Assembly: GCA_964016885.1 (NCBI GenBank)
Contig: OZ024740.1
Location: forward strand, 370,884,001 to 370,948,000
DNA length: 64,000 bases
Direction: 5' to 3'
Origin: Eledone cirrhosa
Taxonomy: Eukaryota
Shown in pieces: positions 25,841-39,800 of this stretch; the first letter of the stretch is position 1; the number at the start of each line of letters is the position of its first letter. A program made the translations under genes and the position numbers. The notes beneath the pieces are model-generated. The model saw only the letters and a program-made list of their open reading frames with translations. It was not told the origin of the DNA and searched no databases.

Positions 25841-26784
25841 AACCATTTTAGATGTCTATATAGAGTCAGTAAACCATGTCAGATAAGGAGAGGTTTCTAA
25901 TACCGCCTTACAATTAAGAAACAACCGTAGAAGAAAGACATGAAGAGAAGGAAGGCAAAGTAAGCATAAATAAAAACAAGGCCAGCTATAAAGTAGCTAA
26001 AAGTTTCTAATGTTGACTCTTTTCGTAGCCTTCATCTACTGAAAGACTTTGTGGTAGTTTTTACATTGGAACAAATACTACCGTAGAGTTTCTGGTTAGA
26101 CTCCACAAGAACGTTGCGGTCAGTCTATACGACCTATTCTTGATAAAATATAGTTGAACGGTATATGGCTCATTAGAAGCCAACATACTCATTGTTTATT
26201 AACAAAAGTCTCAGTGCCAGATCTAGCTGAGATAATGGAGGATTGAAACTTTAGAACTTATCTCTTGATTCTTCGCCTGATGTTTTCCCGCCTAGGATTA
26301 ATTGGTTTTGCTGAAAGATTTGCCTTGCGATAAATTTTGAATGAAATCTATATTTATTATTGCATATATGCATGTGTGTGTGATTAAAGCTTGTAAGGTC
26401 GTGAGTCGATTCCCAGTGGCGAAATGTGTCCTTGAGTATGACACTTTATTTATCGCTGCTCCAGTGCACTCAACTGGCGAAAATGAGTTTGTATTGTATT
26501 GTAATTTGTATTGTATTGTAATGTTTACGCCATTTTTATTTAAATAAAAATGGCGTAAACATTAAGTGGAGAAATACAAAGACAAATGGTGAGAGGTGTA
26601 TAAATATAAGATAATAAATGATGTAAATACAAATAAAAATAAAAATAATGATGTTAATACAAATGTTTTTAGGTTATTCTTACGTAAATATGAAGTTTGT
26701 AATAATTTGATATCGTAATAGGTGCTAAAGGTATAAAAAGGAATAAGGAATAGAAAATGGAGTTAAGTTGGTCTAAAGTTCAGG

Positions 26785-27128
26785 AATTTCGTTGCTGATT
26801 TATGCCGGCAAAAGATAGTTCGCTCAATTTTGCTGTTAAGAAGGGTTTTACTAAAATTAAGAATTTAGAAGAGTTCCATATTACAGAGCCTACAATGGGA
26901 CATACCAGTTTGATAGGCCTTAGCAGTTGACAGTATTTTCCAGCTGATCTCATATTTAGTGCCTGCATTCTTGAGTTGCCATGTTTTACTGGCAAGAGTA
27001 GTTGTATTTGATAGATTAATCATAGAATGTCTATGCACGTACCACCGTTTTTTGAAAACACCAGCTGTAGAACCAATGTAGTACCATGCCAGGCTACCTG
27101 AGTTGATAGTACACAAGTATAGTGTACA
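26785..27128 (-). pseudogene. Penelope-like GIY-YIG endonuclease fragment (C-terminal CxLC...CRH type)
   Basis: LYLCTI...YYIGST...FKKRWYVHRHS...TTLASKTWQLK...ISWKIL...CRLCNME...LLN...CRH. Confidence 0.85.
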
Positions 27129-27353
27129 AGTATATATATATATATATATATATACCATTACTCAACAGAGTATTTGATACTTGGGGTAGCAGAGTATGGC
27201 TAGAACTAGCCGTTGAAATGGCCAGAGCTCAGCCGTCGGGCCCCGATTCTTATATATATATATAATAAAGATGACGGCTGAGCTCTGGCCATTTCAACGG
27301 CTAGTTCTAGCTATACTCTGCTACCCCAAGTATCAAATACTCTGTTGAGTAAT

Positions 27354-27484
<131 letters not shown>

Positions 27485-27887
27485 ATATATGAAGGATTCG
27501 GGACCCCTTCATATTACCCACTCTACTACGCCAAGTATCGAGTACTCTGATGAGTAATGGTCTAACTGATTTTTACTGCATCCATTCTGATTACGATCAG
27601 GCGTTCTTTTCTTTCTCTCCCGCTTGTTGTTAGTAAGGGTTCAGAACTTATGTTCGGTCCAAGTATTAACTCTTTCCTCTCTCCTCTTTCATGTACTGCT
27701 GCCTTCGTCTTTTCCCCTTTCGCTATCTGTATGTCTTTCTTTTTTACTCTTCGTTATCGTCTGTTGTATTTCTTCCAGGATGGCTATCCATTTTAGCTAT
27801 GAACATACTGCGGTGAGATGTACTGTCTTTAATAGCCGATGAGTGGGAATTGTTCTTGTGTTTGTCTTTCGTTCACGTTTACTAAAT

Positions 27888-28072
27888 AATTGTTTCTACT
27901 TTTGGCACAAGGCCAGCAATTACCAAGTACATTACTGGTACTTTATTTTATCGACCCTGTAAGGATGAAAGGCAAAGTTAACCTCGGTGGGATTTGAACT
28001 CAGTACGTAAAGGGACGTAACTATGCTGGAAAGCATGGCGTCCGACCCTCTACCGATACTGCCAATTCACCG
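27888..28072 (-). mobile_element. SINE family 1, full length
   Basis: Reverse-complement consensus. Confidence 0.88.
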
Positions 28073-28077
28073 TTTTC

Positions 28078-28111
<34 letters not shown>

Positions 28112-28456
28112 AGTTAAAACAATGAAATAAAAAATCAAGTCATTAGAAATATACTTCACTGCTTTACGATCGTTTCTAGGTGATGATAATACATCGTAAC
28201 CATACTTCTTTATCGATCTATGTAAGGTTAGTTACAAAATATCAGATAAGGAAAATATTTATTTACATGTATATCACCAGCTGTTGTCAAAAGCAATGAG
28301 AATTTTATTCTGTTTTCCTTTTAATGTTATATTGTTTTCCGGGATTTATTTTAACATACAACATTTTCAACATATGGATTTCATTGAGTTCTTCATGCAG
28401 ACTAGACCCCACAACTTACCGTGGATGTCTCTGTGTATATATATATATATATATAT

Positions 28457-29305
28457 TAATGACATCATCGATGCTGGGTTTAAAATCACATCTGATCTCA
28501 ACATCCTGGACCGGACTGAACCTCTGGACCCTATTTCTCCCCACTTTACTCTGAAGGATCACAAATGCAATTTCCCGAACAACCCCTCTATTCGGCTTAT
28601 CAACCCTACGAAGTCCGATTTAGGTAGACTTAGTAAAAGGATTTTAGATAGAATTATACCTGAAATTAGAAGCTTGGCCCCTCTTGCACTCTGGAACAAT
28701 TCTTTCGCGTTGATTGATTGGTTCAACGGCATATGCAACAAGGAACATTGCCATTTTATCCAACTCGACATCAATAATTACTACTCCTCCATCACTTTAC
28801 CACTTCTTCTTAGAGCTATCAATTTCGCTAAAACGCTCACGCTGGTTAAGGATTTCGAAGTTGATGTCATCCTCAATGCCTGTAAGTCGGTGATTAATTT
28901 CGACGACTCTATTTGGATTAAAAAATCTAATAGTACTCCATTCGACGTGAGTATGGGCGCCAACGATTCTGCGGAGGTTACTGATCTTATCGGCCTTTTC
29001 CTTCTTTTCTCTATCAAGGTAGAATTCCCCAACGTGGGCGGTGGTTTGTATCGTAATGACGGTCTTTTGACCATGACAAAGTGCGGCCCATGCGCTTGCG
29101 ACAGGTTCAGAAAAGAACTCACTGCCTTCTTTAAAGGCTTCAACCTCTCCATACAGGTTGAGGCCAACCTCTCGGTCGTTAATTACCTCGACGTCACCCT
29201 CAATTTGTCGAATGGCTTGCACTACCTGTATAGAAAGTTGTATGATACGCTTAATTACATAAGTAAGCATTCTAACTATTCTGCCAGCATAACCAAGAAC
29301 CTGGG
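28457..29305 (+). pseudogene. Penelope-like element reverse transcriptase core (truncated at both ends)
   Basis: TLKDHK.NF...RLINPTKSDLG...FIQLDINNYYSSI...FDVSMGANDSAEV...GGLYRNDGL...NYLDVTLNL. The catalytic YRDD reads YRND. The ORF N-terminus is read through a (TA)n tract. Confidence 0.9.
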
Positions 29306-29557
29306 AACGTCTCCAGGAACCAAAGTATCGTCTTCCTGTCTTCCTTCGGTCGCAAGGGTTTTCGAAATATTTACTTCTGCGTTCATAGATTGATTTTTTT
29401 TAGTTTCAGAAGATCATGTTAAGGGTGAAAGCAGCGATTCTTTGCTTAAACTTTAATCTGTTATTTTAATAACAGCTAGATCCGAACTATATATATATAT
29501 ATAAAATAGAAGTATTATATCACAAACTCGTAGTTTATATATATATATATATATATA

Positions 29558-30345
<788 letters not shown>

Positions 30346-30362
30346 TATTATATATATATATA

Positions 30363-31131
30363 CTAGCAGAATGACCCGGCGTTGCTCGGGCTTCTAAACA
30401 TAGATTGGCATGTTTATCCCTCCTTTCTGAAACAGTACAGAGAAGTACGGAATACCTCGACCTGGGGATGGTGTCTACATTTTGTGCTTCTAAAAAAAAT
30501 TCGTCGTAGATTACTAGGGGTTTAACTTAATTGGGTGTCTAAGAGTAAAATGTTCAACCCACGAAAGCCAAGACGATAGGGTTAAGTAAAAAGGTATTCG
30601 ACAAACCGAACATGTATTTATTGTGGTATGGTACAATGAAAGTTACAGAGCAGTAAGCATGTGGTACTGCAGTGGTGGAGAGCATGAAGGAATTTAGTTG
30701 GATACTTTTAAGGTTACAAAAATCTACCCAACCTGATATAGACCGAACTGTTATATCGGATACCGAACACTTCGGGATTACTATTGGGGTTACCATCAAC
30801 AATTTCAAGGGATGTACGTTTAAGTAGGGATAATGTAGTCTATAAAGAGAGGTAACTCTTTCAAAATACTAAAGAGTTGTCTCTCTTGAACATTGTAGAC
30901 AAAATTGCTGAACTGAACTGACAAAAAGGGCTTAAAGTTTTAGGGGAAAAAACGCCTTTAACAACAGAAAATTAAAAACTAAGAGCTGCAGTTAATGTCT
31001 TTAGACCGCAAGGAATATATAAATGCAAGTTTGAAGTTAATCGGAGTAGAAATGTGGATTTGTATAGACTTTGCCAAAATTAGGACACACACACAGACAA
31101 TTTCAGTTTTATATATATGTATAGATATAGA
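30363..31131 (-). mobile_element. Complete non-autonomous Helitron
   Basis: Minus strand reads A|TCTATATCTATACATATATATAAAACTG ... CCCGAGCAACGCCGGG hairpin ... CTAG|T: canonical TC/CTAG ends between A and T. Confidence 0.82.
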
Positions 31132-31869
31132 TATTTTTTTATTTATTTATTTATTTATTTATTTATTCCTTGGAACGAACATCAACGTTTAAGGTAGTTT
31201 CATCCATATTTGCTCTTCGAGACAATTAAAAAGTTAATTTTCAAGGTCTTAATTTCTTTCTTTTTTTTTCACATTGTGAGTAATTTATTAACGTTTCATA
31301 ATTAATTGTATAAATAATGAAAAAAAGGTGGACGGGATAAAGAAGGGCAGATCTAGTTGTGTAGGGAAATAAAGGAAAGGGGTATAAATGCCATAAATGT
31401 GATCTTTCAAAAGCGACGATTTTCAGAACCGCTAGAATGTCGGATAGAATGTTTTGTGGTATTCATTCCGGCTCTTTGCACTCTGAGTTCAAATCCTACC
31501 GAGGTCAATTTTGTCTTACAAGGGCTGATCCGTGTACTACACACCCTAGCTATGCTACTGTCCTTTTGTTTGGATAAACCTAAAGATAAAAGCTATTTTG
31601 CACCCCTTTGAACAACGATTACCTTATATTTATAAGTACTTATATTTATAAGAAAATTACTAAGCTTACATTTTTTACAGCACGGTCCACACTCGCCCAT
31701 GTCAAATCATGTAACAGGTCATACGACCCTCTCCACGACGTGACAAAGATGTTTAAAAATGTATTTACGTATCACAAGAAATTATTATATACTTAATTTA
31801 ATTATTCAAATTTTAAGGCTCAGTAATGCGCTTCGCTGTGATCTGCGCTTTAGGTAGCTGCCTAGTTGA

Positions 31870-32006
31870 CTTTGAATCCCGCCGAGGTCAACTTTGCCTT
31901 TCATCCTTTCGATAAAATAAAATACCAGTCAAGTACTGATGTCAATTTAATAGACTTTCCCCTCGTCAACATTACTGGCCTTGTGCCTAAATTGGAAATA
32001 ATTATT
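31870..32006 (+). mobile_element. SINE family 1, truncated
   Basis: Central domain and tail. Confidence 0.75.
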
Positions 32007-33804
32007 ACTATATTCACACCTTCGGTGTATATGACGCAGGCAGAATTTGATATAAAATCTGTGGGTAAAAAATTATACATCAGAAAATACCGTATGAATT
32101 TAGATGAGTTGTTGAAATCGTTTTACGATACTTCAGAGTAATGGAAGCGGGGTTTTTTCACAAGACATTTTAGCTTGTTTTGATTGATGAGTTTTATGTT
32201 AAGCCTGTAATTAAATAATAGACATCTACGTGAATTTCACCGTGTAAGATGTACTTGTAGATATATAGATTATTTACTTATTTCGAAAAGGTTTTTTATT
32301 TCATCAACCAAATGCAAACACGCTTTAGAAGATTTATAGCTTTAAATCTGAGCTTAGCTTATGTAGAAAATAATTGATTATACTTCTGAATTCTATATTC
32401 TTGATTAAAGGGGGGCATTTTCGGGATTCGAATCGAAAGTCCTTTTTTTTCTTTGTGTGTGTGTGTAGTCTCACTATATCTTTTATAAGACAATTCATGC
32501 ATCATTTATACTTTGTCACACTTTCCCTTGTTGTTGTTGTTTAGCCCCAGATCCACTCCGAGATTGAGTAAACATGTGAGCAAAATCCTTTTGCCTTTTG
32601 CCTTTGTTTGGATTTCGGAAAATGCACATTATCCTGTGTTCCTATTTTAAAAGACAGTAAAAGTTCGACAAAAATAGATCGATAAATACGTCCCAGCTTG
32701 AAACAAAATAAGCATTGGTGTGTCCATAGGATGAATAAAATCCCTTTAAAGCGGGAGCCCGGCATGACAATAGTCTAATGACTGACACCAGTAAAATAAT
32801 AAAGTGAAAATGCAATACAACGTCTGAAGAAAGTTACCTTTCCTTCAATACTGAGCAGCATTTACTCAGCACCACATTATTGCAAGGGCATTATGCAAAC
32901 CATGAATTCCTCAAGCTATCTTTATCATTACTTCTCTCAGGTGTGTAAGTGTAAATTGTTTATTGCGCTTGGATTAATCAAATATAAAATGGGTGGATTG
33001 ATAGGTGGTATGGATCTTTCAAAACGAACTGTTTGAATTTTTATGACGTTATGTGATTGTATCCATGGTGCTTATTGCAATGAAAGTGTCATCAAGAATT
33101 TACCAATTTTGATCTTTGTAGACGAGTGTAATAGAATGTTATATTTCTGAGAAACACATATCATACCTTTTAGAGATATGAATATAGAGGGAGTTTGTCC
33201 TATAAAAAAACAATCGATTTTTAAATTGTTCATATTTTTATTTATACTTTAAATTCCAAATATATTAGAATAGGATGCATCTGTTGAGAATATATTTTTT
33301 AAAAGGATTTCTTGTTAGACCTTTATATATTTTGCTTCGCTGTTAAGCCTTAGCTTGATGAACTTTATTTTTAGACATATCACAAATTACTTCTTTAAAC
33401 AAAGGTAGACCCTAGGGATATTGTAAATACATAGAAGAGGAGGGGGTTATGTATTTGGGCTGAATATATTTCTTCCGTTTAGTAGAGCAAAGATTTTTAG
33501 TACATCTGTAGCTCACATCAATGTTATTTCTATTCAAAATCTTATATCTACGTACTAAGGGTTCCGCCTGGGATTCTAATAGAATATGCACATTCTACTC
33601 TGTGTTTTGAGTACTATTTTCTTCGTTTGCAAACACGAGCGTTCACCATTAAATGTATGTGTGTGTGTGAACGCGCAGGTGTATATTCTTTATTAAGGCC
33701 AAGGTTGAGTCTTATTATTCTGGAATTTCTCCTGTGTACTCACAGGGTCATCATTACTAAGTAGATATATATATTCGTGCATATAGTATATATATATTAT
33801 ATAT

Positions 33805-36800
33805 ATTGTAGACTTGTTCTATATGTGACGGTATTTTAACGATAGTTATAGCTCTGATTCATCTGAATTATTGAGCCCTCTGCCGCTCATATCGAATTCC
33901 GTTTATCGTGAACTCGTGCGCCGATTTTTCGATACTCGATCTTTCTAATATATTTAGCTCTGGACATAGCTATCCACCAGTTAATTTTATTGCTCATTTT
34001 TTGTCGATTCTATTGAGTGATGAATAGCTTTTGTTTTATTTTAACATGTCTATTGAGCACTCTAATTCGATATGTGTATTTCCACATTCACTCGAATTGT
34101 TTTCGCGGATATAGGGGTCATCTCCCTTGTCTAATGCCATGTGCGTTTTTCACCGCTAGTTGACTCCTTTGCCGCCAGGATAAAACTCGTTGACAACGTA
34201 AACTCCGTTCCACTTATTCTAGTAGGCTTTTATATTTATATGTGAGCTGATAGAGTACAGTCTAAGGATTTACAGAAACCCATGAAGCTAGATTTAACAC
34301 CTTTCTAGTGGGTCCGGGTATGATTTTACATTCATTTAAATTATTGACGTATTGTTTTATTGATATTTTTTATCTGTTTGGCCCGAATCTTCCTTTATCG
34401 ATTTTAAATCGTATGGTTGATTGTAGACTTGTTCTATATGTGACGGTATTTTAACGATAGTTATAGCTCTGATTCATCTGAATTATTGAGCCCTCTGCCG
34501 CTCATATCGAATTCCGTTTATCGTGAACTCGTGCGCCGATTTTTCGATACTCGATCTTTCTAATATATTTAGCTCTGGACATAGCTATCCACCAGTTAAT
34601 TTTATTGCTCATTTTTTGTCGATTCTATTGAGTGATGAATAGCTTTTGTTTTATTTTAACATGTCTATTGAGCACTCTAATTCGATATGTGTATTTCCAC
34701 ATTCACTCGAATTGTTTTCGCGGATATAGGGGTCATCTCCCTTGTCTAATGCCATGTGCGTTTTTCACCGCTAGTTGACTCCTTTGCCGCCAGGATAAAA
34801 CTCGTTGACAACGTAAACTCCGTTCCACTTATTCTAGTAGGCTTTTATATTTATATGTGAGCTGATAGAGTACAGTCTAAGGATTTACAGAAACCCATGA
34901 AGCTAGATTTAACACCTTTCTAGTGGGTCCGGGTATGATTTTACATTCATTTAAATTATTGACGTATTGTTTTATTGATATTTTTTATCTGTTTGGCCCG
35001 AATCTTCCTTTATCGATTTTAAATCGTATGGTTGATTGTAGACTTGTTCTATATGTGACGGTATTTTAACGATAGTTATAGCTCTGATTCATCTGAATTA
35101 TTGAGCCCTCTGCCGCTCATATCGAATTCCGTTTATCGTGAACTCGTGCGCCGATTTTTCGATACTCGATCTTTCTAATATATTTAGCTCTGGACATAGC
35201 TATCCACCAGTTAATTTTATTGCTCATTTTTTGTCGATTCTATTGAGTGATGAATAGCTTTTGTTTTATTTTAACATGTCTATTGAGCACTCTAATTCGA
35301 TATGTGTATTTCCACATTCACTCGAATTGTTTTCGCGGATATAGGGGTCATCTCCCTTGTCTAATGCCATGTGCGTTTTTCACCGCTAGTTGACTCCTTT
35401 GCCGCCAGGATAAAACTCGTTGACAACGTAAACTCCGTTCCACTTATTCTAGTAGGCTTTTATATTTATATGTGAGCTGATAGAGTACAGTCTAAGGATT
35501 TACAGAAACCCATGAAGCTAGATTTAACACCTTTCTAGTGGGTCCGGGTATGATTTTACATTCATTTAAATTATTGACGTATTGTTTTATTGATATTTTT
35601 TATCTGTTTGGCCCGAATCTTCCTTTATCGATTTTAAATCGTATGGTTGATTGTAGACTTGTTCTATATGTGACGGTATTTTAACGATAGTTATAGCTCT
35701 GATTCATCTGAATTATTGAGCCCTCTGCCGCTCATATCGAATTCCGTTTATCGTGAACTCGTGCGCCGATTTTTCGATACTCGATCTTTCTAATATATTT
35801 AGCTCTGGACATAGCTATCCACCAGTTAATTTTATTGCTCATTTTTTGTCGATTCTATTGAGTGATGAATAGCTTTTGTTTTATTTTAACATGTCTATTG
35901 AGCACTCTAATTCGATATGTGTATTTCCACATTCACTCGAATTGTTTTCGCGGATATAGGGGTCATCTCCCTTGTCTAATGCCATGTGCGTTTTTCACCG
36001 CTAGTTGACTCCTTTGCCGCCAGGATAAAACTCGTTGACAACGTAAACTCCGTTCCACTTATTCTAGTAGGCTTTTATATTTATATGTGAGCTGATAGAG
36101 TACAGTCTAAGGATTTACAGAAACCCATGAAGCTAGATTTAACACCTTTCTAGTGGGTCCGGGTATGATTTTACATTCATTTAAATTATTGACGTATTGT
36201 TTTATTGATATTTTTTATCTGTTTGGCCCGAATCTTCCTTTATCGATTTTAAATCGTATGGTTGATTGTAGACTTGTTCTATATGTGACGGTATTTTAAC
36301 GATAGTTATAGCTCTGATTCATCTGAATTATTGAGCCCTCTGCCGCTCATATCGAATTCCGTTTATCGTGAACTCGTGCGCCGATTTTTCGATACTCGAT
36401 CTTTCTAATATATTTAGCTCTGGACATAGCTATCCACCAGTTAATTTTATTGCTCATTTTTTGTCGATTCTATTGAGTGATGAATAGCTTTTGTTTTATT
36501 TTAACATGTCTATTGAGCACTCTAATTCGATATGTGTATTTCCACATTCACTCGAATTGTTTTCGCGGATATAGGGGTCATCTCCCTTGTCTAATGCCAT
36601 GTGCGTTTTTCACCGCTAGTTGACTCCTTTGCCGCCAGGATAAAACTCGTTGACAACGTAAACTCCGTTCCACTTATTCTAGTAGGCTTTTATATTTATA
36701 TGTGAGCTGATAGAGTACAGTCTAAGGATTTACAGAAACCCATGAAGCTAGATTTAACACCTTTCTAGTGGGTCCGGGTATGATTTTACATTCATTTAAA

Positions 36801-39800
36801 TTATTGACGTATTGTTTTATTGATATTTTTTATCTGTTTGGCCCGAATCTTCCTTTATCGATTTTAAATCGTATGGTTGATTGTAGACTTGTTCTATATG
36901 TGACGGTATTTTAACGATAGTTATAGCTCTGATTCATCTGAATTATTGAGCCCTCTGCCGCTCATATCGAATTCCGTTTATCGTGAACTCGTGCGCCGAT
37001 TTTTCGATACTCGATCTTTCTAATATATTTAGCTCTGGACATAGCTATCCACCAGTTAATTTTATTGCTCATTTTTTGTCGATTCTATTGAGTGATGAAT
37101 AGCTTTTGTTTTATTTTAACATGTCTATTGAGCACTCTAATTCGATATGTGTATTTCCACATTCACTCGAATTGTTTTCGCGGATATAGGGGTCATCTCC
37201 CTTGTCTAATGCCATGTGCGTTTTTCACCGCTAGTTGACTCCTTTGCCGCCAGGATAAAACTCGTTGACAACGTAAACTCCGTTCCACTTATTCTAGTAG
37301 GCTTTTATATTTATATGTGAGCTGATAGAGTACAGTCTAAGGATTTACAGAAACCCATGAAGCTAGATTTAACACCTTTCTAGTGGGTCCGGGTATGATT
37401 TTACATTCATTTAAATTATTGACGTATTGTTTTATTGATATTTTTTATCTGTTTGGCCCGAATCTTCCTTTATCGATTTTAAATCGTATGGTTGATTGTA
37501 GACTTGTTCTATATGTGACGGTATTTTAACGATAGTTATAGCTCTGATTCATCTGAATTATTGAGCCCTCTGCCGCTCATATCGAATTCCGTTTATCGTG
37601 AACTCGTGCGCCGATTTTTCGATACTCGATCTTTCTAATATATTTAGCTCTGGACATAGCTATCCACCAGTTAATTTTATTGCTCATTTTTTGTCGATTC
37701 TATTGAGTGATGAATAGCTTTTGTTTTATTTTAACATGTCTATTGAGCACTCTAATTCGATATGTGTATTTCCACATTCACTCGAATTGTTTTCGCGGAT
37801 ATAGGGGTCATCTCCCTTGTCTAATGCCATGTGCGTTTTTCACCGCTAGTTGACTCCTTTGCCGCCAGGATAAAACTCGTTGACAACGTAAACTCCGTTC
37901 CACTTATTCTAGTAGGCTTTTATATTTATATGTGAGCTGATAGAGTACAGTCTAAGGATTTACAGAAACCCATGAAGCTAGATTTAACACCTTTCTAGTG
38001 GGTCCGGGTATGATTTTACATTCATTTAAATTATTGACGTATTGTTTTATTGATATTTTTTATCTGTTTGGCCCGAATCTTCCTTTATCGATTTTAAATC
38101 GTATGGTTGATTGTAGACTTGTTCTATATGTGACGGTATTTTAACGATAGTTATAGCTCTGATTCATCTGAATTATTGAGCCCTCTGCCGCTCATATCGA
38201 ATTCCGTTTATCGTGAACTCGTGCGCCGATTTTTCGATACTCGATCTTTCTAATATATTTAGCTCTGGACATAGCTATCCACCAGTTAATTTTATTGCTC
38301 ATTTTTTGTCGATTCTATTGAGTGATGAATAGCTTTTGTTTTATTTTAACATGTCTATTGAGCACTCTAATTCGATATGTGTATTTCCACATTCACTCGA
38401 ATTGTTTTCGCGGATATAGGGGTCATCTCCCTTGTCTAATGCCATGTGCGTTTTTCACCGCTAGTTGACTCCTTTGCCGCCAGGATAAAACTCGTTGACA
38501 ACGTAAACTCCGTTCCACTTATTCTAGTAGGCTTTTATATTTATATGTGAGCTGATAGAGTACAGTCTAAGGATTTACAGAAACCCATGAAGCTAGATTT
38601 AACACCTTTCTAGTGGGTCCGGGTATGATTTTACATTCATTTAAATTATTGACGTATTGTTTTATTGATATTTTTTATCTGTTTGGCCCGAATCTTCCTT
38701 TATCGATTTTAAATCGTATGGTTGATTGTAGACTTGTTCTATATGTGACGGTATTTTAACGATAGTTATAGCTCTGATTCATCTGAATTATTGAGCCCTC
38801 TGCCGCTCATATCGAATTCCGTTTATCGTGAACTCGTGCGCCGATTTTTCGATACTCGATCTTTCTAATATATTTAGCTCTGGACATAGCTATCCACCAG
38901 TTAATTTTATTGCTCATTTTTTGTCGATTCTATTGAGTGATGAATAGCTTTTGTTTTATTTTAACATGTCTATTGAGCACTCTAATTCGATATGTGTATT
39001 TCCACATTCACTCGAATTGTTTTCGCGGATATAGGGGTCATCTCCCTTGTCTAATGCCATGTGCGTTTTTCACCGCTAGTTGACTCCTTTGCCGCCAGGA
39101 TAAAACTCGTTGACAACGTAAACTCCGTTCCACTTATTCTAGTAGGCTTTTATATTTATATGTGAGCTGATAGAGTACAGTCTAAGGATTTACAGAAACC
39201 CATGAAGCTAGATTTAACACCTTTCTAGTGGGTCCGGGTATGATTTTACATTCATTTAAATTATTGACGTATTGTTTTATTGATATTTTTTATCTGTTTG
39301 GCCCGAATCTTCCTTTATCGATTTTAAATCGTATGGTTGATTGTAGACTTGTTCTATATGTGACGGTATTTTAACGATAGTTATAGCTCTGATTCATCTG
39401 AATTATTGAGCCCTCTGCCGCTCATATCGAATTCCGTTTATCGTGAACTCGTGCGCCGATTTTTCGATACTCGATCTTTCTAATATATTTAGCTCTGGAC
39501 ATAGCTATCCACCAGTTAATTTTATTGCTCATTTTTTGTCGATTCTATTGAGTGATGAATAGCTTTTGTTTTATTTTAACATGTCTATTGAGCACTCTAA
39601 TTCGATATGTGTATTTCCACATTCACTCGAATTGTTTTCGCGGATATAGGGGTCATCTCCCTTGTCTAATGCCATGTGCGTTTTTCACCGCTAGTTGACT
39701 CCTTTGCCGCCAGGATAAAACTCGTTGACAACGTAAACTCCGTTCCACTTATTCTAGTAGGCTTTTATATTTATATGTGAGCTGATAGAGTACAGTCTAA

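Noticed and set aside
25860-26340. Possible PLE linker region (FNPP motif) on the minus strand
   Set aside because: Too many stops and too weak a similarity to call.
32893-32950. Possible host coding exon (ATG...GT AAGT donor)
   Set aside because: Too short, with no recognisable protein or partner exons.
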